DNA from: an uncultured Thermoplasmata archaeon
Lineage (GTDB): Archaea; Thermoplasmatota; Thermoplasmata; Halarchaeoplasmatales; Halarchaeoplasmataceae
DNA: 64,000 nucleotides
Direction: 5' to 3'
Assembly (NCBI GenBank): GCA_964602715.1
Contig: CAZRSB010000005.1
Span: 1,105-65,104, forward strand
Of the stretch, positions 61,144 through 64,000 are shown in pieces; positions within the stretch are counted from its first letter, which is position 1, and each line of letters begins with the position of its first letter. Below the pieces are notes generated by a model that was not told the DNA's origin, did no database searches, and saw only the letters and a program-made list of their open reading frames with translations. The position numbers and the translations under genes were made by a program.

Positions 61144-64000
61144 ATGAAGGTTTTGATGGTAGATGATGAACAGGCCTTTTTAGATCAGGCTGAACTTTTC
61201 CTCGAAGAAGTGAATGAGGATTTAGAGATAAATAAAGCCTTTTCAGCTAGTGAAGGTTTAGAACTGATCGAGAAAAATGATTATGATGTCATAGTTTCAG
61301 ATTATCAGATGCCAGAGATGGATGGTCTAGAGTTTTTAGAGATAGTGAAAACAGAGAGAGATATGGAAATACCCTTCATCTTTTTCACAGGAAAAGGAAG
61401 AGAAGAAGTAGCTATGGAAGCGCTGAACCTCGGAGCCGATAGATACCTCAAGAAAGGAGGAGATCCCAAAACTCAATTTAAGGTTCTCGCTCAAGCTATT
61501 TCACAGGAATTTTGGCATTATGAAACTAGAAAACAGTTAGAACTCACGAAGAGTTCCGTAGATAAGTCTACTACCGGAATATTTTGGGTAAATCCGGAAG
61601 GAAAATTTCTTTATACAAATCGAAGGGTGGAAGAAAAACTTGGTTACTCAAAAGATGAATTGCAAGAGATGTATGTATGGGATGTGGATGTTGATCACGA
61701 AAAAGACGAAAAAATAAGAAAAAAACATTGGGAGAGGCTTAAAGAAGAAAGGTCTGAAAGGATAGAAAGGAAACACAAAACAAAGGAAGGAAAGGTATTT
61801 CCTGTTGAAATATATAGGAATTATATTAAACATGGTGACAGGGAACTTGAGTTTGCATTCGTGAATGATATCACGGAGAGAAAAAGAAAAGAAGAAGAAT
61901 TAAAGGAAAGTGAAAAGAGATATAGAAGATTATTCAACAGTATTAACGTGGGTTTAGTTGTTCACGATAGCGAAGGTAATATAGTTTCAGCTAACCCTGC
62001 TGCTGAGAAAGCTTTAGGATCGAAAGAAAAAGAGTTACAGGAAAAAGGGTTGAATTACTGGAGAGGAATATTATTTGAAGAAGATGGAGATTCTATGGAT
62101 ATCCAGGATTTCCCAGTTTCTAAAGTATATGACTCCAAAGAAGAAGTTCAAGAATCTGTTATCGGTATATCTCCACCAGGCTCGGAGGGGATAAGATGGT
62201 ATGTTATTAGTGCTATTCCCCATCTCAACGATGAAGAAGAGATTCAAAGAGTCGTAACATCTTTCAAAGAGATAACTGAACTCAAAAGAACTGAAGATGC
62301 TTTGAGGAAAGCTGAAAAGAAATACAAGAGTTTGTTCTATGATACACCACTAGGTACACTACGTTTCGATGAAAATGGTGTTATAACAGACTGCAATGAA
62401 AAATTTGTAGAGATAATAGGTTCTTCTAATGAAGCTCTTATCGGCTTTGACATGATTAATGAATTAAAAAACAAAGATTTACTGGAAGAAGTGGAGAACT
62501 CACTTAGTGATGGTAAAGGATATTATGAAGGGGAGTACACCTCTGTGACTGGAGGTAAAGCCACCTATGTTAGAGTTTTATTTAAAGGATTGAAAGACGA
62601 CCAAGGAAATATACAAGCAGGTATGGGCCTAGTCGAAGATATAACTGAAAGGAAAGAAAAGGAAGAAAAACTCAAAAAAAGTGAAGAAAGATACAGGAGA
62701 TTATTTGAAACAGCTCAAGATGGAATGTTGATACTAGATGCCGAAACTGGTATCATTAAAGATGCGAATCCCTACATCCTAAACCTGCTGAATTATTCAA
62801 AAGATGAACTGATCGGGAAAAAAGTATGGGTATTAGGGTCTTTTGATAATGTAGCGGAAAACAAGAAAAAGTTCGAAGAATTGGTTGAGGAGGGATACGT
62901 TAGATATGAAGATCTTCCTCTTATCGATAAAGATGGTATTGAAGTTCCGGTAGAATTCGTTAGTAATACCTATGAGGTAAGAGATGAAAAGGTGGCACAG
63001 TGTAATATAAGAAACATAAGCGAGAGAAAGGAAGCAGAAAGAAAAGCGAAAGAATTACGATCACTACGAGATTCAGTTAGAAGGGTAACTCAAAAAATTA
63101 TCGAGAAAGATGACCTTGAAAATTTCTACAAAGAAGCCTGTGGAATATTGTTGGATACTAGGCATTATCTTGACGTTTCTATAGCTATCTATCAGGATGA
63201 AATTTTAACTAGCGTGGCTCATTGTGGAGATCATAAGAGAAAATCCTGGGAACTATCTACTGATGGGAGCGGAAATGCTCCAGAATGTGTAAGAGAAGTG
63301 GTTGAATCAAAAGATACAAAGATCATAGGAAGTACGGAGACCTATTGTGATGAATGTGAATACTGTAAATATGAGGGAGATCATCAATCTGTTTTGGTTC
63401 CCTTGATCGAAGATGAAAAAATAGAAGGAATCCTTTCAGTATGTCTAAAATTAGAAAATGAGATCCCAGAAGATGAGATCGATCTTTTGAAAGAGGTAGC
63501 TAGAGATATAAGAATCGCTAAAGACAAAATCACCGCCGAAAATGAACTAAAGAAAAGTAGGTCAAGATTGATAAGATCACAAAAAGTTGGGAAAACTGGA
63601 AGTTGGGAACTATATCCTGAAACAAACGAATTAGAATGGTCCGAAGGCACTTACAGGATATTTGAAGTCTCTCAAGATGAACCTATGAATTATGAAAAAT
63701 TTTTGGACTTTATCCATCCAGAAGATAAAGATTATGTCGATAAAAAATGGAAAGAAGCCTTAGAAACAGGAGATTATGATATAGAACATCGAATCAAAGT
63801 TGATGGTAAAACAAAATGGGTAAGAGAGAAGGCTGATATTTCTTTCGATGAGGACGGAGAACCGAAGAAAATCGTAGGAAGTGTGCAAGATATAACGGAT
63901 ATGAAAGAAAAGGAGAAGGAAATAAAGAGAGCAAATAAATTCTTGGAAACAACTATCGATTCCCTCACAGCCAATATCGCTATTTTAGATGGAGAAGGTA
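61144..64000 (+). CDS. REC-first multi-PAS sensor protein, 3'-partial (runs off the window end)
   Basis: Open frame from ATG 61144 to the window end (about 952 codons, no stop). REC domain 'MKVLMVDDEQAFLDQAELFLEE...DYQMPEMDGLEFLE...GKGREEVAMEALNLGADRYLKKGGDP' and repeated PAS-like segments. Absent from the ORF track because it has no stop codon within the window. Confidence 0.8.
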   Translation, partial: MKVLMVDDEQAFLDQAELFLEEVNEDLEINKAFSASEGLELIEKNDYDVIVSDYQMPEMDGLEFLEIVKTERDMEIPFIFFTGKGREEVAMEALNLGADRYLKKGGDPKTQFKVLAQAISQEFWHYETRKQLELTKSSVDKSTTGIFWVNPEGKFLYTNRRVEEKLGYSKDELQEMYVWDVDVDHEKDEKIRKKHWERLKEERSERIERKHKTKEGKVFPVEIYRNYIKHGDRELEFAFVNDITERKRKEEELKESEKRYRRLFNSINVGLVVHDSEGNIVSANPAAEKALGSKEKELQEKGLNYWRGILFEEDGDSMDIQDFPVSKVYDSKEEVQESVIGISPPGSEGIRWYVISAIPHLNDEEEIQRVVTSFKEITELKRTEDALRKAEKKYKSLFYDTPLGTLRFDENGVITDCNEKFVEIIGSSNEALIGFDMINELKNKDLLEEVENSLSDGKGYYEGEYTSVTGGKATYVRVLFKGLKDDQGNIQAGMGLVEDITERKEKEEKLKKSEERYRRLFETAQDGMLILDAETGIIKDANPYILNLLNYSKDELIGKKVWVLGSFDNVAENKKKFEELVEEGYVRYEDLPLIDKDGIEVPVEFVSNTYEVRDEKVAQCNIRNISERKEAERKAKELRSLRDSVRRVTQKIIEKDDLENFYKEACGILLDTRHYLDVSIAIYQDEILTSVAHCGDHKRKSWELSTDGSGNAPECVREVVESKDTKIIGSTETYCDECEYCKYEGDHQSVLVPLIEDEKIEGILSVCLKLENEIPEDEIDLLKEVARDIRIAKDKITAENELKKSRSRLIRSQKVGKTGSWELYPETNELEWSEGTYRIFEVSQDEPMNYEKFLDFIHPEDKDYVDKKWKEALETGDYDIEHRIKVDGKTKWVREKADISFDEDGEPKKIVGSVQDITDMKEKEKEIKRANKFLETTIDSLTANIAILDGEG

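Overview
This window reads as a low-GC (about 37-38%), gene-dense archaeal chromosome segment with a moderately acidic proteome. Archaeal assignment rests on lysW, GGGP/DGGGP synthases, S8e, SRP19, the tRNA-splicing endonuclease and A1:U72 tRNA-Gln. Order of content: (1) a complete minus-strand LysW-type lysine/arginine cluster (lysJ-lysZ-lysY-lysX-lysW), fused to alpha-aminoadipate-pathway LeuABCD-like genes, then a divergent Lrp/AsnC regulator and an archaeal-type PEP carboxylase. (2) A compositionally foreign, GC-rich RHH/PIN (VapBC-like) module. (3) An aspartate-to-methionine island: lysC, asd, metX, an MTHFR-like gene, MtrA-like and MtrH-like genes, an HTH-CBS regulator, then metY on the opposite strand after an IS5-family transposase remnant. 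(4) Housekeeping genes (pheA, hisS, S8e, SRP19, endA, queF-like) plus a CdrS-like RHH gene coupled to a C-terminally truncated FtsZ-like GTPase. (5) An ether-lipid neighbourhood: DUF2070, GGGPS, DGGGPS, tRNA-Asp, PAP2. (6) From about 41.8 kb to the window end, a large signal-transduction island: four paralogous REC-first sensor proteins (one with a PadR-like output instead of a kinase), two MCP/CheW pairs, a kaiC-kaiB pair directly downstream of one hybrid kinase, peroxiredoxin and Dps. This island carries a diverged segmental duplication (MCP 3' half + cheW + promoter + REC) with a chimeric junction. Three tRNAs are present: Thr-UGU, Gln-UUG and Asp-GUC. No rRNA and no CRISPR array were found. 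The most interesting candidates are the kaiBC-kinase-chemosensory linkage, the MetX/MetF-like/MtrA-like/MtrH-like methyl-transfer cluster, the CdrS-like/truncated-FtsZ pair and the GC-rich RHH/PIN island.
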